From Felis catus (taxonomy: Eukaryota), in NCBI RefSeq assembly GCF_018350175.1, contig NC_058368.1:77316001-77380000 (forward strand): a stretch of DNA of 64,000 bases, in the 5' to 3' direction. The notes under the pieces are model-generated. The model searched no databases, was not told the origin of the DNA, and saw only the letters and a list, made by a program, of their open reading frames with translations. Made by a program: the position numbers and the translations under genes. Each line of letters opens with the position of its first letter. Position 1 is the stretch's first letter. Positions 34,811 through 48,812 of this stretch are shown piece after piece.

Positions 34811-36392
34811 ACAGGAGTCAATTTTCTAAATGAATATTTTTTGCTCAGCCTTCCAGGCCCATCCGTTTGTATTTTTTTCATGTGACAGCATTGATGAAAT
34901 TCAAATCACACACCACACAATTCGTCCTTTTAACGGGTACAATCCAGGGATTTGTGGCATAGTCAGAGTTATACAACCATTACAATAATCAATTTGAGAA
35001 CATTTTCATCACCCCCAGAAGAAACTCTGTACCCATTAGTGGTCCTTTCCTGTTTCCCCACAGACCCTCCTCAGTCTACACAGCCATTGACATACATTCT
35101 GTTTCTATAAACGTGCCTCTTCCAGAAAGTTCATAAAAACTGAATCATGTGGGATTTTGTGTCTGGCTTCTTTCACTTGGTATGATATTTTCAAGGTTTA
35201 CCTGTGTTGTAGTACATCAGTACTTACTCCTGGTGACTGAATAATATTCCATTGTGTGGAATATTCTTCATTTTCTATACTCATTGACCATTTCATGAAA
35301 ACTTTGGTTGTCTTTACTTTCTGAATATTTTGAATGCTACTATGAGCATTCATATACATATTTTTATAAGGGCATATTTTTTTAATGCCCTCGATATATA
35401 CACAGAAGGAGGATTCTTGGGTTATATAATAACCCTCTGTTTAATTGCCAAAATGTTTTCCAAGTGGATGTACCATTTCAAACTTATCCAGGCAATGTGT
35501 GTGGGATTCAATTTCTCCAATCTTCACTCGTAAATGGTATTGTCCACCTTTAGATTATAACCATCCTCGTGGGTTAATGTGATATCTCATCGTGGTTTGG
35601 GTTTGCATTTCCCTAACGACTAATAATTTTGAGTCTTTTTGTGTGCTTATTGGCCATCTGTATCCCTTTTTTGAAGAAATATTTATTCGAATACTTTCAT
35701 CTTTTTGTAATTGTATTGTCTTTATATTGTTGAGTTGTAAGAATTATGTTTGTTTTGGATGTTGGACCCTTATCAGATACATGCAAGTACTTTCTCCTCT
35801 TCTGTAATGTTTCTGCAGCATTTGTGGAAAAGACTTTTCTTTCCTCATTAAATTTTCTGAACGCATTTGTCAAAAATCAATTAATCATAATGTTTAGCTG
35901 ATTCTTGGCCTCTCAATTATATTTCATTTATCTGCAAGCCTATCTGTATGTCAACACCATGCTGTCTTGTTTGCTGTAGCTTGGTTGAAAGTTTTGAAAT
36001 TGGGAAAATCTCTCTGAAAATAGAGATGGTTTTGTTGTCTCCTTTGCAATCTAGACATCTTTTATCTCTTTTTCTTGCCTAATTTCCCTAGCTAGAACCT
36101 CCAGTTGATGTTGAACAGAAGTAGTGAGTGGTTATCTTTGTATTGTTCCTTATTTCATACGGAAATATGAAATATTTAAGGCTTGCACCGGTAACTATGA
36201 TACGAGCTGTTGGGGTTTCTTAGATATGATTTATCAGGTTACAGAAGTTTTCTATTGCTACTTGGGGAATGTTTCTATCATTAAAGAATGTTGGATTTTG
36301 TCAAATACTTTTTTCTTCATCTACTGAGATGATCATGTGATTATTGTTCTTTATTCTGTTAATGTGATGTATTATAGTGAATGGTTTTTGCA

Positions 36393-36606
36393 TAAATTTT
36401 TTAAATGCTTATTTATTTATTTTGAGAGAGAGCAAGGGAGCACAAGCCGGGGAGGGACAGAGGGAGAGGGAGAGAGAGGATCTCAAGCAGGCTCGACGTT
36501 GTCAGTGCAGATTCTAACTTGGGGCTCAATCCCATGACCCTGGGATCATGACCCTAGCCCAAATCAAGAGCCGGATGCTTAATCCACTGAGCCACCCAGG
36601 CATCCC
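36393..36606 (-). mobile_element. Can-SINE within L1
   Basis: Antisense copy. Confidence 0.93.
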
Positions 36607-37255
36607 TAATGACTTTTGTATATTAAACTAACCTTGCATTCCTGGAACAGATTCTACTTATTCCTGGTGTGTGCTGGTTTTCACATGTTACTAGATTCCA
36701 TTTTCTAGTAGTTTGTTAAGGATTTTACTCTCTAGATCCATAAAGGATATTAATCTGCAGTTTTCATTTTTAGGATGTCTTTGGTTTTTTTTTTTTTTTA
36801 TAAGAGTAATACTGGCTTCATAGAATAAGTTAAGAATTGTTCAGTCCTCTCCTATCTTTTGGAAAAGTTTGCTGAGACCTGGTGTTAAATTGTCTTTAAA
36901 TATTTGGTACAGTGCAACAGCGAAGCCATCTGAACCTGAGGTTTTCTTTGTGGTATGTTTTTTTGATTACTCATTAATCTTTTGTTATTGTTCTATTCAG
37001 ATTTTTTATTTATTTTTTGAGTTAATTTTATTAGTTCATGTCTCTCTAGGAATTTATCTGATTCATCTATGTTGTCAAAATTTTGATCTATAATTGTTTA
37101 TACTGTCCCCTTATGATTCTCATTATTTCTTTATGGTCAGTCTCAATTCCCTCTCATTACTGATTTTAGTCATCTGAGTCTTTTCTGTCTTTTCTTGGAC
37201 AGTTAGGCTAATGATTGTACATTTTACTGACCTGTAAAAGAAAAACAACTTTTAT

Positions 37256-37452
37256 GGGGTGCCTAGATAGCTCAGTTCGTTGGGCATCCAGCTCTTGGTT
37301 TCAACTCAGGTCATGATCTCATGGTCATGAGATCAAACCCCGCTTCAGGTTCTGTGCTCGGCTTGGAGCTTGCTTAAGGTTCTCTCCCTCTCCCTCTGCT
37401 CCTCACCCCTTGCTCACATTCTCCCTCTCTTTCTCTCTCTCTCTCTCTCAAA
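37256..37452 (+). mobile_element. Can-SINE within L1 (older type)
   Basis: GCTTAAGGTTCTCTCCC variant; CAACTTTT on both flanks. Confidence 0.92.
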
Positions 37453-38189
37453 ACCCAAAACACAAAAACCCAACTTTTGGTTTTGTTGATTTTCCTTACT
37501 GATTTTTTTTATTTTGTATTTCATTTATATCCACCCTAATATTTTGTAATTCTTTCCCTCTGCTCACTGTGTGTATATTTTGCTTCCCTTTTCCTAGTTT
37601 CTTACAGCGAATTTGATTTTTGATCTTTCTTACTTTTTTTAGAGAAACACATCTATAAATTTCCCTCTAAGCTCTCCTTATGGCTACATTCCATAAGTTT
37701 TTGTATGTTATATTTTTGTTTTAATTTGCCTCAAAACAATTTCTAATTTCATTCCATTGCATTTGGAGAACATAATGTGTATGACTTCAATCTTTTTAAT
37801 TCATTGGGGCTTGTTTGATGGCTTAACATATGGTCTATTCTGCCACACGCACTCACACGTATTAATACTAGCCTAGGATTTATAAATCCTCACTAAAAAT
37901 TCAGTTTCAATCAACAACTGTACGATATGTGTCTTTGTTCCAAGCAAGGAAGCTGATCACTAAGGAGAACACAGTGAAGAAAGGAACTTATCTTCAGCGA
38001 GTCTATATAAGCCAGGTCCAGAATTATGAGATAAACACAGCCTAGGTAGTATCATAAACAACTGAAGTTTCAGCATATTAAACCAAGAGACCAAGGAACA
38101 CCTAAGAGTTTGTCTTAAACACACAAGGGACCATCATTTTGTGGTGGGGGATTGTTCCTACCATGGGTACCGTTAGAGCCATGAGAGTA

Positions 38190-38400
38190 AATTCAAGTAA
38201 CTGAGGAAGACATTACTGCTTGTTCAATATTTACAAATGTGGAAGGGGTGGTAAGTTTCTTGTCACTGGCGTGTTCAATAAGCCCTGGGTATACCCTTGA
38301 CTGGGGTTTGTGGAGGAGGCTCATGCATCGCACCAGATTGGTACTTGAACAACTTCGTCTTCGGTATTCCTCCAACACCTGGGAACTTTTGCTTCTGTGC
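38190..38400 (+). mobile_element. L3/CR1 3' end fragment
   Basis: GGTGGTAAGTTTCTTGTCACTGGCGTGTTCAA...TTCCTCCAAC resembles the CR1/L3 terminus. Confidence 0.55.
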
Positions 38401-40169
38401 GACAGAGTATCGAGAATTATTAAGCTATAAAACTAATCCTGGTACTGGCTCAAAGACGTAAGTTTCTGGGAACGTGAGAGGACCTAAGGGGACTCGGGGC
38501 TAAGTAAGTAGGGAAATATATGTGAGGGACATGGGAGGATAGTCAGGGTTGGGGGAAGGTTCTGAGGAAATCTCCAGAGGAGGAAAGAACTATCAAACAC
38601 ACTCAGAGATCAATTTAACTAAGACGAAGTGGCCTATGGAGCATGGTGTAGAAACTGGAATCAATGAAGTACAGGGTGATACAACCTATGGGAAGAGAGA
38701 AGATTTTATCAACTCAGAAATGCACTGCAAGTGTTAAGTTTATTCTGTTTTCACCAAGAGACTTTGACAGGTAGAACATCAGAAAGCTGGGCGGCAGGTA
38801 ACGCTTAGGTCTAAGGGTGACCAAAAGTGTGCGTCCCAGCAGAAGCAGAGAGCTACAAAACCTATTTGCTTCCAGGAAATGGGTAATGCAAGCAGTTGGC
38901 ATCAGGGAAAGGACTCTGGCTTTCTAGAGCGACTCTTAAGAATTAGGAGGCACTAAAGTCTTGAAGAAATGATGTATCCTCAGCAAGTCACTAAGATACA
39001 AACTCAGATCTGAGACTGCAGACAACAGATCTCAAGGAATAAGTCAAAGCTCAGTGAATAGAACTAAGGTCTACAATCAGTACCTTATGGCACCAATAGA
39101 GGCTAACTTGTTTCTGAGCCTCTGCATTTCCGACTTAAGGTTCATTAAACTTTGTTCCTTCCTGGAAAGGTGGGCTTCAGAGCCTGGGTTAGACCTGAGC
39201 TCGAGACCGGAAGGTCAGGGGTCTTAGGCACAAGGACGGAAAATAAGGGGAAGACGGAGACACCAAGAGCAGCAGATCTACATGAGCTGGCGTCTCTGAC
39301 CATTTGCTAGCCGCTGTTTGGAACACAATGCTGGGAAGGCTTGAGAGCCTGTGTTTCTACTCAGTATGGAGAAACACCAGACTCCAGTGACGACGACTTC
39401 TGTGGACATGGGACAGAGGCCAGCACACGCGTCCCATGTTCTTCATTCCTGCGCCGGAACGTTCCAGAGTAGGCTCAGGAACGAATTTGAGTCGGTGTGG
39501 CAGATCTTGATTACCAGATGAGAGGATCATCATTTTCTGTGAACGCTACCATTACTGGAAGATCATGGCCAGCAGGGAGGTGCTCTTCCGGTGTTGAATT
39601 GGGTCGACCGAAAAGGTTTGCAGAGAAGACAGGTTGGTGGACGTGGTGTGGTTCCTCCACATCTGTGTGTGTGGCTCTCAGTTTTCACTCTAGTGTGAGA
39701 AATGGGATTCTGTGCCCTCATGTTCAATTTTCTGTGCAGTGAATTGTAAAAGCAATTGCCAATAAGAATTATTTCATGTACGCATCATCCCCTGTGCAGC
39801 ATGCTGCAAATTTATTCATGATCTTCTCCAGCTAATATGAGGAAACTCAGCTGCAATGCCAAAATGACAGGATGATTTATATATAAAACTGAAATCCACA
39901 TTAAAATTCTTCTACTTGATCTCCTGCTCTGGAATCTGAAGAGAAGCACAAGGGACGCTTCAAAAATAACCTTCGTAAGGTAAGGTGTGCAGGTAGGAGG
40001 TTAGCACCCTTCCCCATAGAAGTTAGAATGTATGTGTTTCTCATGAATATATGGGATAGAGGTCCTGAAGAAATAATGCTATAAATACTGCGCAAACTTA
40101 GTAAAAATTATATAATTTTAATCTGAAGATTAAAGATACATATAAATATATATATATATCCTCTGCAAT

Positions 40170-40280
40170 ACATTTTCGAGCTGAAGAAAATGAAGCCCAG
40201 AGAGCTATAGAGACTCATCAAAGGCTCCATAACAAGCAGAAACAGGACTTGACTTAGATCTACCATGGACAGAGGCTTTG
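40170..40280 (-). mobile_element. MIR core
   Basis: CATTTTCGAGCTGAAGAAAATGAAGCCCAGAGAG...CAGGACTTGAC. Confidence 0.6.
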
Positions 40281-41101
40281 TGCTTTCTTCCTCATCATGA
40301 TGTATTTTTGGTGTTCTATTTTTTAGAATACCATAATTATCCCCAGTTACTAAGACTAAAAATCTCCATTTCTGATGACCGCACTCGTTCTGTGTTCCTT
40401 CCCCCAAACCCTCCTATCTTCTCTTGAGTGTCGATGTCTGCCTATCTTCTGCTGACCTAACTTTTTCATTTGCCTCTTCCTTTCTTTTTCATTTGCTCTT
40501 GAGTTGTTCAAATGGACTTCTGTAAGAGCATTCTCATCAGCTTGGGGATTTTTATATTTTTCTTCCTTGTTACATCTCATAAACCATCATCAGATTAAGG
40601 TTTCTAAAACACATTTTGTGTCATCTTTCCCAGGATCAAAAGCTTTCAAGAGCATCCAGTTTCCTGTTGATTCAGATCCAATGGCTTTGTCCTCACAATG
40701 AAGAATATTACTCCACCACCTAGCCCCAGCTCATGACCCGCTTCCAGAAAGAAAATCACTCTTTTTGTCCCATGCCATATTTTACATATAATGTTAATTT
40801 TAGATACAGTGAATACATTGTACCTATCTATCTATCCATCTACGCAAATGTGAGTCACCTTGTAAATGTGGACATATTAATTACATTTCATTTGCTCCAT
40901 GAATTCTCCAGAGGCTTTGTGCTAAGACAGCACATCTAACCTGATGTCTCTCTGTGGGGATTGTTGATAGCTTCATCATAGGCATTCAGGCATTTCATAA
41001 GTAAGGGAAAATTTCCTCCCAGCTTGTATGTCCCACGAATTTCTTACACAAGTGTTTCCATTCTACTCCAAGAATATGTTCTGCACTGTTCCTGTTCTAT
41101 C

Positions 41102-41316
41102 ACTCAGTGGGTTAAGTGTCCGCCTCTTGGTTTCAGCTCAGTTCATGGTCTCACAGTTTGTGGGCTCGAGTCCCACATCGGGCTCTGTGTTGACAGTTCA
41201 GGGCCTGCTTGGGATTCTCTCTCACCCTCTCTCTTTCTGCACCCCACGCTGCTCACTCTCTCTGTCTCTTTCTCAAAAATAAATAGATAAACTTAAAAAA
41301 AGAATTAAAAAAAAAA
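41102..41316 (+). mobile_element. Can-SINE (5'-clipped)
   Basis: Starts at CTCAGTGGGTTAAG; body and tail present. Confidence 0.92.
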
Positions 41317-41499
41317 GAATTGCAATACAAGACACTTGATGATAAGTGCCCCGACACACTTTGTATTGGAATTATTTTTTTTGCATGTTTTATTTCCTGG
41401 TGGATGACAAGAGTTGTCCTGTCCATATTTGTGTTTCTTAGAGCAGTTAGTGCCAAATGAAAGCGCAAATACGGAATGTTAATTCAAGATGGGACACTG

Positions 41500-42420
41500 A
41501 CCACATTATTTTAATAATAACAAAAATGGAACTGACAGAGAAAAGGAAGAGATTATTAGCAAACCAAAACTCTGAGGAATTTCTTAAAAGTGGGAAAACA
41601 GCTCACATATAGACATAGCTCAGTAGGCATTTCAGAAGTCCACAGATAGAGAAAAATTCTAAACCTTATGTTTTAAAAATAGCAGCATCAAACACTGAAT
41701 TTCTCAATAGCAAAATCTAATGTTTGACAATAGAACAACCACCACAATGAAAGAAACCACGTTAGCATTTAAGCTTGAGGGCAAAATTAGGTGCTTGCCA
41801 ACACCAAGAGACTCAGAAAGTTTATTTGGTCATGCACATTTTTTTTTACTATAAACAATGTAAAATAAAACCAAGAAACAAATTCAAAAAGAAACATGAC
41901 AAAAAAGAGGATATGAGTTTCAAGAAAGGTGGAACTAACTTATGACTGGGAAGAACAGATAAATCTGAGAATGACTTCTTTACTGCTGGTAAAGAAATAT
42001 CATTCCAAATTAGAACATGAAGTCTGAGGATTGCATGAAAATGGCTTCAAGAAGGAAATAGATAGTGTCATCCAAAATGAATGATTATGTTTTCTGTCAA
42101 GAAAAAAAGGTAGTTACAAAGTGAGGTTTAAAAAAAAAAACTAAATGAAAATAAATCACGGTCCCCCAAATGAAACTCTGATCCAATTTTTTTAACAGTT
42201 GATGGAGTTTAAAGAGCAGTGCCTTCTGAAACAACAAAGTCAAACAATATTCAGGTGATTCCTAGGAAGAGAGAACACTGACTGATATTATCAATTCAGG
42301 TATAATCACTGTAGATTTATGATAGCCACAAGCCATAATTACTGTACCATCATTTTCTTTTCTAGGGAGTCATTTGTCACTTTTTGGATAATGGCCAATT
42401 TTGTAAAGTTTTTGAAAAAT
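41500..42420 (+). mobile_element. HAL1 / old L1 ORF1-region fragment
   Basis: TTTCTCAATAGCAA; TGAGGGCAAAAT; GACTCAGAAAGTTTA; GAATGACTTC..TTCCAAATTAGAACA; A-rich sense strand. Confidence 0.55.
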
Positions 42421-42465
42421 GGTATACTTTATTGGAACCTTTACAAATTTAGACATATATTTACA

Positions 42466-42497
42466 TTTTTAGTTATTTATTTTGAGAGAGTACATGC

Positions 42498-42539
<42 letters not shown>

Positions 42540-42702
42540 CACGCGTGCGTAAGTGGGAGAGTGGTGGGGAGAGAGGGAGAGAGAGAATCCCAAGCAGGCT
42601 CTGCACTGAGAGTGCATACGGGGCTCAAACTCAAGAACCGAGAGATCATGACCTGAGCTTAATTCAGGTTGGATGCTTAACTGACCGAGCCACCGGGGCA
42701 CC
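42466..42702 (-). mobile_element. Can-SINE with (TG)n microsatellite
   Basis: Antisense copy; (TG)n then CG/CA alternation at 42499-42550. Confidence 0.92.
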
Positions 42703-42927
42703 TCACGAATTTATACATATTGTTGAGAGGAATTTTTTATTTATGTCTAGCAACTTCTTCAGTTTTATTTCTTTTTTCCAATAAATCTGAGTAAAATGAA
42801 GTACAACGTTTTGATTAAAATATTAACACTTGTTTTCCCATGATAACTCGTTTCTCTACTTTTCCAAATTTTATAGCACAAGTACATATTATTTTTAAAA
42901 CAAAAACATACTATATCATTTTAAGCA

Positions 42928-43360
42928 GAGAACCTGGGTGGTTCAGTGGTTAAGTGTCCAACTCTTGATTTCAGCTCTAGTCACGATCTCAGGGTTGTGA
43001 GATCGAGCCCTGTGTTGGCTCCATACTGAATATGGAACCTGCTTAACATTCTCTCTCTCTAGGGGTGCCTGGGTGGCTCAGTCGGTTGAGCAACCAACTT
43101 CAGCTCAGGTCATGATCTCACAGTTTTTGAGTTTGAGCCCAGGACTCTGTGCTGACAGCTCAGAGCCTGGATCGTGCTTTGGATTCTGTGTCTCCCTCTC
43201 TCTCTGCCCCTCCCCCACTCATGCTCTGTGTCTGTCTCAGAAATAAATAAATATTAAAAAAAATTTTTTAAAGATTCTCTCTCTCTGTCTCTCTTTCTTT
43301 CTCTTCCTCTGTCCCTTCCCCACTCACTTTCTCTCTCAAGAAAATAAAAAACAAAAAAAT
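42928..43360 (+). mobile_element. Older Can-SINE split by a younger one
   Basis: Head 42928-43060; CT region and tail resume at about 43272. Confidence 0.88.
43062..43265 (+). mobile_element. Can-SINE (nested)
   Basis: TSD AA(C/G)ATTCTCTCTCTCT. Confidence 0.95.
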
Positions 43361-43489
43361 AAAAGTACAAAACAAATATCTTTAACAGCTTTATTTATAA
43401 CATTGCAAGCCAATTCCAGAAAAAAGCTTAGAACTAATAAGAGATGAAGTAGATTTTCATTCTATTATGCTGTTTATTTCTTTTACTTT

Positions 43490-43713
43490 TTATTTTTTTT
43501 AATTTTTTTTAATGTTTATTTATTTTTGAGACAGAGAGAGACAGAGCATGAACAGGGGTGGGTCAGAGAGAGAGGGAGACACAGAATCGGAAACAGGCTC
43601 CGGGATCCGAGCTGTCAGCACAGAGCCCGATGCGGGGCTCGAACCCACGGACCGTGAGATCATGACCTGGGCCGAAGTCGGATGCTCAACCGACTGAGAC
43701 ACCCAGGCGCTCC
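43490..43713 (-). mobile_element. Can-SINE (felid type)
   Basis: TSD TCTTTTACTTTTTA. Confidence 0.97.
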
Positions 43714-44289
43714 AATCTTTTACTTTTTAAAAATTCAGTAAACCAAATCTTACTTTGAATGAAGAGTTTCATTACTTCTGAGTAAATTTAATTCATTAAT
43801 ATTATTATTAATGTTTAAGCCAAAATTATTTTCCTTTCATCTTAAGAAACACAAATCTCCAAAGTTTAATTGAAATCCATCAAGATGAAATACAAAAAAA
43901 AAAAAAAATCTTGCTCCACAGGTAAAGGAAAAGACAGTCCATTTGTTAGGCTCTTTTTATTTTATTGATCAAACATAAAGCATTTAAGCATAGAAGGACC
44001 TACACAGACAGAGTGTGATAGTCATGAAAAGGAAAATCCAAGATGTGGAAGTTGGTCAGTGGTAAACGGAAAAGAGAAGATGGTGTAGATGTGGCCCTTC
44101 TGTAATTCAGTTGGGGATCAGACCCGACCTAGAAACGTCATCCTCTGGTGGGAAGGAGGAAGTTAATGGAACTGGCTGGAGCTGGATGGGCCAGCACTCC
44201 AGAACTGGCTCCTCCCTAGACACCTTAGATCCAGATTTGAGGGAGGGGGGCTGTCAATCGATGTTCGTGCCTAAAACAGGCACCTGTCA

Positions 44290-44420
44290 GCTTTGGAGTC
44301 AATCAGGCCTGGGACAAGATCTAGCGCCGTAATTACACAACCAAATTATTTGACCTCTTCAAGGTGGATTTTTTCCTGTCTTCAAAATAGTGATAATAAT
44401 ACCTCATATTTGCTCTGAGG
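44290..44420 (+). mobile_element. MIR
   Basis: GCTTTGGAGTCAATCAGGCCTGGG; TTATTTGACCTCT; AAAATAGTGATAATAATACCT. Confidence 0.65.
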
Positions 44421-45399
44421 CTGGTCCAGTCCGGACAGGTGACATTTTTGTGATCCTAGACAATCCACTTTGTACAGCAGAGGAATTGAAAGACAGGCGG
44501 GGATTCAGAGACCAGCTAGACCAGCTGTGGCACACACAGAACTGGAGTGCGGGCAGGATATTCACACAGAACACAATTTACATGAAATGGACACACACAG
44601 GAATGCTAGAAAATGACTGGACCTTGTTAAACCCTGAGGTCCCTGGTTCACTGCAGCCACGCTGGCTACTGGATGCATAATAAAGCCAATTTGTTTCAGC
44701 TTTCAGTTTGCTTGAGGTGGGTCGGGGTCTCGTCCGCCCTCCGGGCTTCATCAGGTTTAGTTCAAAATCCAGTTGAACCGAATTTACAAATAATGCCTCT
44801 TAACTGTACGGTGGAATGACAAAAACATTTTAAAATTACGTTCCTATGTGGGTCCCACTCCTTACAATTTTTATTCAGTTGGTCTAATTGAATTCCTGGT
44901 GTAGCCGGGAATGAGAACCTCTGAGCCAAATTCATTAGTGTCCACAGCTAAATGGAGTCGAAAAATTTGGGATTGCAAATTGCTTCCTCAGTTATAAAAA
45001 GATGTTGCCACCCCCTTACTCTTGACTCTAGCTCTAGAAATGACTATTGTCTTGGGTTCGATATCAAATTTTAATTTAATGTAGGTAATATGAATGCATT
45101 CCACAGTTTAAAGGCTTTAACTCTTTAAGTGAAGTAACTCACCATAATATATCCTCATGAATAGATGTTAGAACAACAGAGAATACCTGTGTTGTACAAG
45201 GCTGCTGGGAAAGCCTAATGTGTGAATATGACATTATGATCGCAGCCTTATTTGCCAAGTATTCAAGTGCACTTTATACATATTTAGACCGAAACATCCT
45301 CCCTCAGTGATTTGCTTGTCTACATGAGGCTCCCGAAAACAGAGTGAGACAGTATTAAAGCCTTGTTCCTGGCTGTTTTGGCCTTCGTTTTCCAACTAA

Positions 45400-46100
45400 T
45401 CAATAAAGATAGACTTTTTTTCCTACTGACAGCACTCCTGAGGCTACTACTGTCTGTGACATTAGCAGATTGCTGTATATAGATTTATTTTAGTTCCACC
45501 CTACCAAATATATATTGATTGATTAGTTGATCGATCGATTGATTTACGGGCTTATTTACGCATTCATTCTATTCCATTTTCCAGTAAAAAGTGAAAACAC
45601 GATGGCCTCTAACATACAGCCATGACCCCTCTTCCTTCACCTTCCCTCGCAGGGGTCCAACGTAGGTGGAAGTGGCCAGGGAGTGGCATGGTGGTTTGCC
45701 TGTTTAAACACTCGGAGTCTGTGTGATGACGAACAATCTGTTCGTTACTCATCCTTCCATATGGCCCATTGACAGCTGGTAGCAACTTTGCTCATCATTA
45801 TAGTTGGGGGGTTGACAGATGACAGATGTCAGTTGGAGATGGCTCTCTCACACATGGCGGACCAATCACCAGGCACTCCCCAAAGGTGGGGACAAGATCC
45901 CAGCCAACAGATGGCTTGGCCTGTCTTGATTAGGCGGTAATTAAACATTTTGGCTAGAAACCTCCTTTTTTTAGGTTTTCCTTAAGAAGTTGTCACTCAA
46001 TCCCATATGCGCTGATTTTTCCCATCCCTAAACATTCTTTCACACTGTCATTCAGACACTTGACAGAAGTTCACACAAGTACATTTTCGGTGATTCTGAT
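45400..46100. promoter_or_regulatory. Candidate enhancer: Meis/Pbx-Hox/bHLH motif cluster
   Basis: Six TGACAG/CTGTCA sites, seven E-boxes, TGATTTACGG and TAATTA in repeat-free sequence. Motif evidence only. Confidence 0.45.
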
Positions 46101-47339
46101 CAAACAAACTCCAGAAAATCTAAAGACAAAACCGCTAATGTTTAAGACATCACAAAGAAACAATTGAATTCTAAATAGCAGCTTTATGCACATCAGAGGT
46201 GGTTTTAGTCCAAGACTCGTTGCTTCCTTTTAGAAAATGATGTTCTAAAAGGCATTTATTTTTCTTACAGCTTTCTTCGTGTTCTCGCTAATGTTTACGT
46301 TTTAAGAAGATTGTTCTTTTTCCCAACTGGGTTTCTCCATCTGATTATTTGTGTAAAAAAGTCCCACGTATTTTGGCCAAAGGCATGCTATCTCAGATTG
46401 GGTCCTACAAGCCCCCTGCAGAACTCCCACCCGTGAGCGGAAGGAACAATTTCATTCATAATGAAAGGAAGCAGCTTTATCTGGGATAGTCGTCACCTGA
46501 ACCCTTCATCCAGACCCACTTCTGGAGATTCTCTGCTTTGTAATGCCTTTTTCCGTTTTATAAAATTCTTCTTGTGTGTGACTGAGTCCTCTGTTGCACA
46601 AATATAGAAATTGTTTTTAAAATACCACGTATGTAGCTAATGGAGGAATACAACACATAATTTTAAAAAGGCTGTACAATATTTTGACATCAAAATGCGA
46701 AAAGGGCTATAAAATGTAAAGTTCTGTTTATTTTGTTTTTCTCTGCTAGGAAGAGAACTGACTTTCCCCGGGACAAATGGTAATTTTTTTCAAAAATCAT
46801 GTTGAGTATAACTTTTCCTAAGGGAAAGAAAAATATCTCTTCAAAAAATCGGAATATCTTTGACTCAGTGAGCATGCTACAGAAAAAATACATATTTAAA
46901 ATAAATTCATACCCATGATTTATTGAAGGAAAATCCTGCAACATATTAAGTTATGATGACCAACATGCTTGCTTTCATCAAACCTTGTGCCTTACAGAAC
47001 TCTAATTCAACTTAATTGTTGTTGTTGTTGTTCCCTTAAAGAAACATTAAGCACACAGGATCACGAAATGCGCCTCCGGAATTGTGTTTGTGTATGTGCT
47101 GCCTCTTCACATGTTCACCCCCAGCGGCCACACCCCTCACATCTGTGGTCACCCACAGTTCATTCATCCTGGACACCATGGGAGTGCATGGCATCCACAG
47201 TCATCACCGTGTGCAGCGAAGGTATGCGGTATGGGGGTCTCCATCCGTGGATCAGGGACAGGACAAGGAGAGATAGACCTTCCAAAATCTACATCGGACT
47301 GGAGCCTATTAATTGTGCGTTCCTGGTACCATTTCTTCC

Positions 47340-48297
47340 TTTTTTTTTAATTATTTATGTTTAGAATTTTATTGAAATCCAAGTTTGTTAACATATAGTG
47401 TAATATTGTTTCAGGGGGTAGAATGTAGTGATTCATCGCTTACATATAACACCCAATGCACATCTCAACAAGAGCCCTCCTTAATGCCCATCCCCCATCT
47501 AGTCCATCCCCCACCCACCTCCCCTCCAGCAATCCTCAGTTTGTTCTCTATATTGAAGAGTCTCTTATGGTTTGCCTCCCTCTGTTTTTTATCTTATTTT
47601 TCTTTCCCTTCCCTTATGTTCATCTGCTCTATGAGTGAAAATCATACGATGTTTATCTCTCTCTGACTAACTTATTTCACTTAACATAATGCATTCTAGT
47701 TCCATCCACGTGGTTGCACATGGCAAGATTTCATTCTTTCTGATCTCAGAGTAATATTCCATTGTGTAATATTCCAATATTTTCAATTCACCAGTCGACG
47801 GACATTTGGACTCTTTCCATAATTTGTCTATTGTTGACAGTGCTGCTCTAAACATTGGGGTACATGTGCCTCTTTGAATCAGCATTTTTGTATCCTTTGG
47901 ATAAATACCTAGTAGCGCAATTGTTGGGTCATAGTGTACTTCTATTTTTAATTTTTTTGAGGAACCTCCATACTGTTCTCCAGAGTGGCTGGACCAGTTT
48001 GCATTCCCACCAGCAGCGCAAAAGGGTTCCCCTTCCTCCGCATCCTCACCAGCATCTGTTGTTTCCTGAGGTGTTAATTTCAGCCATTCTGGCAGGTATG
48101 AGGTGGTATCTCATTGTGGTTTTGGTTTGTACTTCCCCGGTGATGAGTGACGTTGAGCATTTTTTCGTGTCTGTTAGCCATCTGGATGTCTTCTTTGGAA
48201 GTGTCCATTCTTGCCCTTTACCCATTCCTTCACTGGATTATTTGTTTTTTGGGGGTTGAGTTTGATAAGTTCTTTACAGGTTTTGGATACTAACCTT
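47340..48297 (-). mobile_element. Carnivore L1, 5'-truncated (3' UTR plus ORF2 C-terminus)
   Basis: ORF 47667-47885 gives [49 protein letters not shown], the L1 ORF2 C-terminus. Carnivore-type 3' UTR; possible TSD GTAC(C/A)ATTTCT. Confidence 0.95.
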
Positions 48298-48514
48298 TGT
48301 ACAATTTCTCTTCATATTTCTTTTAGATTTGCCCTCATTCATAATACAGAGGTTTACTCAAGAGGTCTCGCCTCTAGGCTTGTATCAGAAGCCTTTGGGA
48401 GTCCACACAATGTGTTTTAGTATGATCTGTGTAATCTACATATTTATAATCCCCACCTTTGAAAATCAAGTCATTGGAAGTTATATATATATTTTTAAAA
48501 ATGTTTGACTTTTG

Positions 48515-48710
48515 ACTTTTTTTTTTTTTATTGTAGCGAAAGAGACAGTGTGAGCCAGGGAGAGGGGCAGAGGGAGAGAAAGACAGAATCCCAAGCAGAC
48601 TGCGTGCTCAGCCTGGAGTCTGATGTGGGACTGGGTCCCGCAACTGTGAGATTATGCCCTGAGCTGAAATCAAGAGTCAGCTGCTACTGACTTAGCCACC
48701 CAGGCACCCT
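48515..48710 (-). mobile_element. Can-SINE (older)
   Basis: Antisense copy. Confidence 0.9.
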
Positions 48711-48812
48711 TCCGGATGCTGATTCTTGATGATTCTGTAACTGCTGGCTTTTGTGCTGTAATGAAATCAGTAAAAGCAGATCAAATACAGGCTTGTTATC
48801 CTTTTAGTCTTA

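Larger units (their letters stand above)
34880..37850 (-). mobile_element. Old L1M element: 3' end plus internally deleted ORF2 remnants
   Basis: GAACATTTTCATCACCCCCAGAAGAAAC; GTTTGCATTTCCCTAA; GCTAGAACCTCCAG; GTAATACTGGCTTCATAGAAT; CTATAAATTTCCCTCTAAG. Confidence 0.9.

Noticed and set aside
47667..48259. ORFs 47667-47885 and 47855-48259 as host genes
   Set aside because: They are the L1 ORF2 C-terminus and its antisense frame in a truncated, mutated L1.
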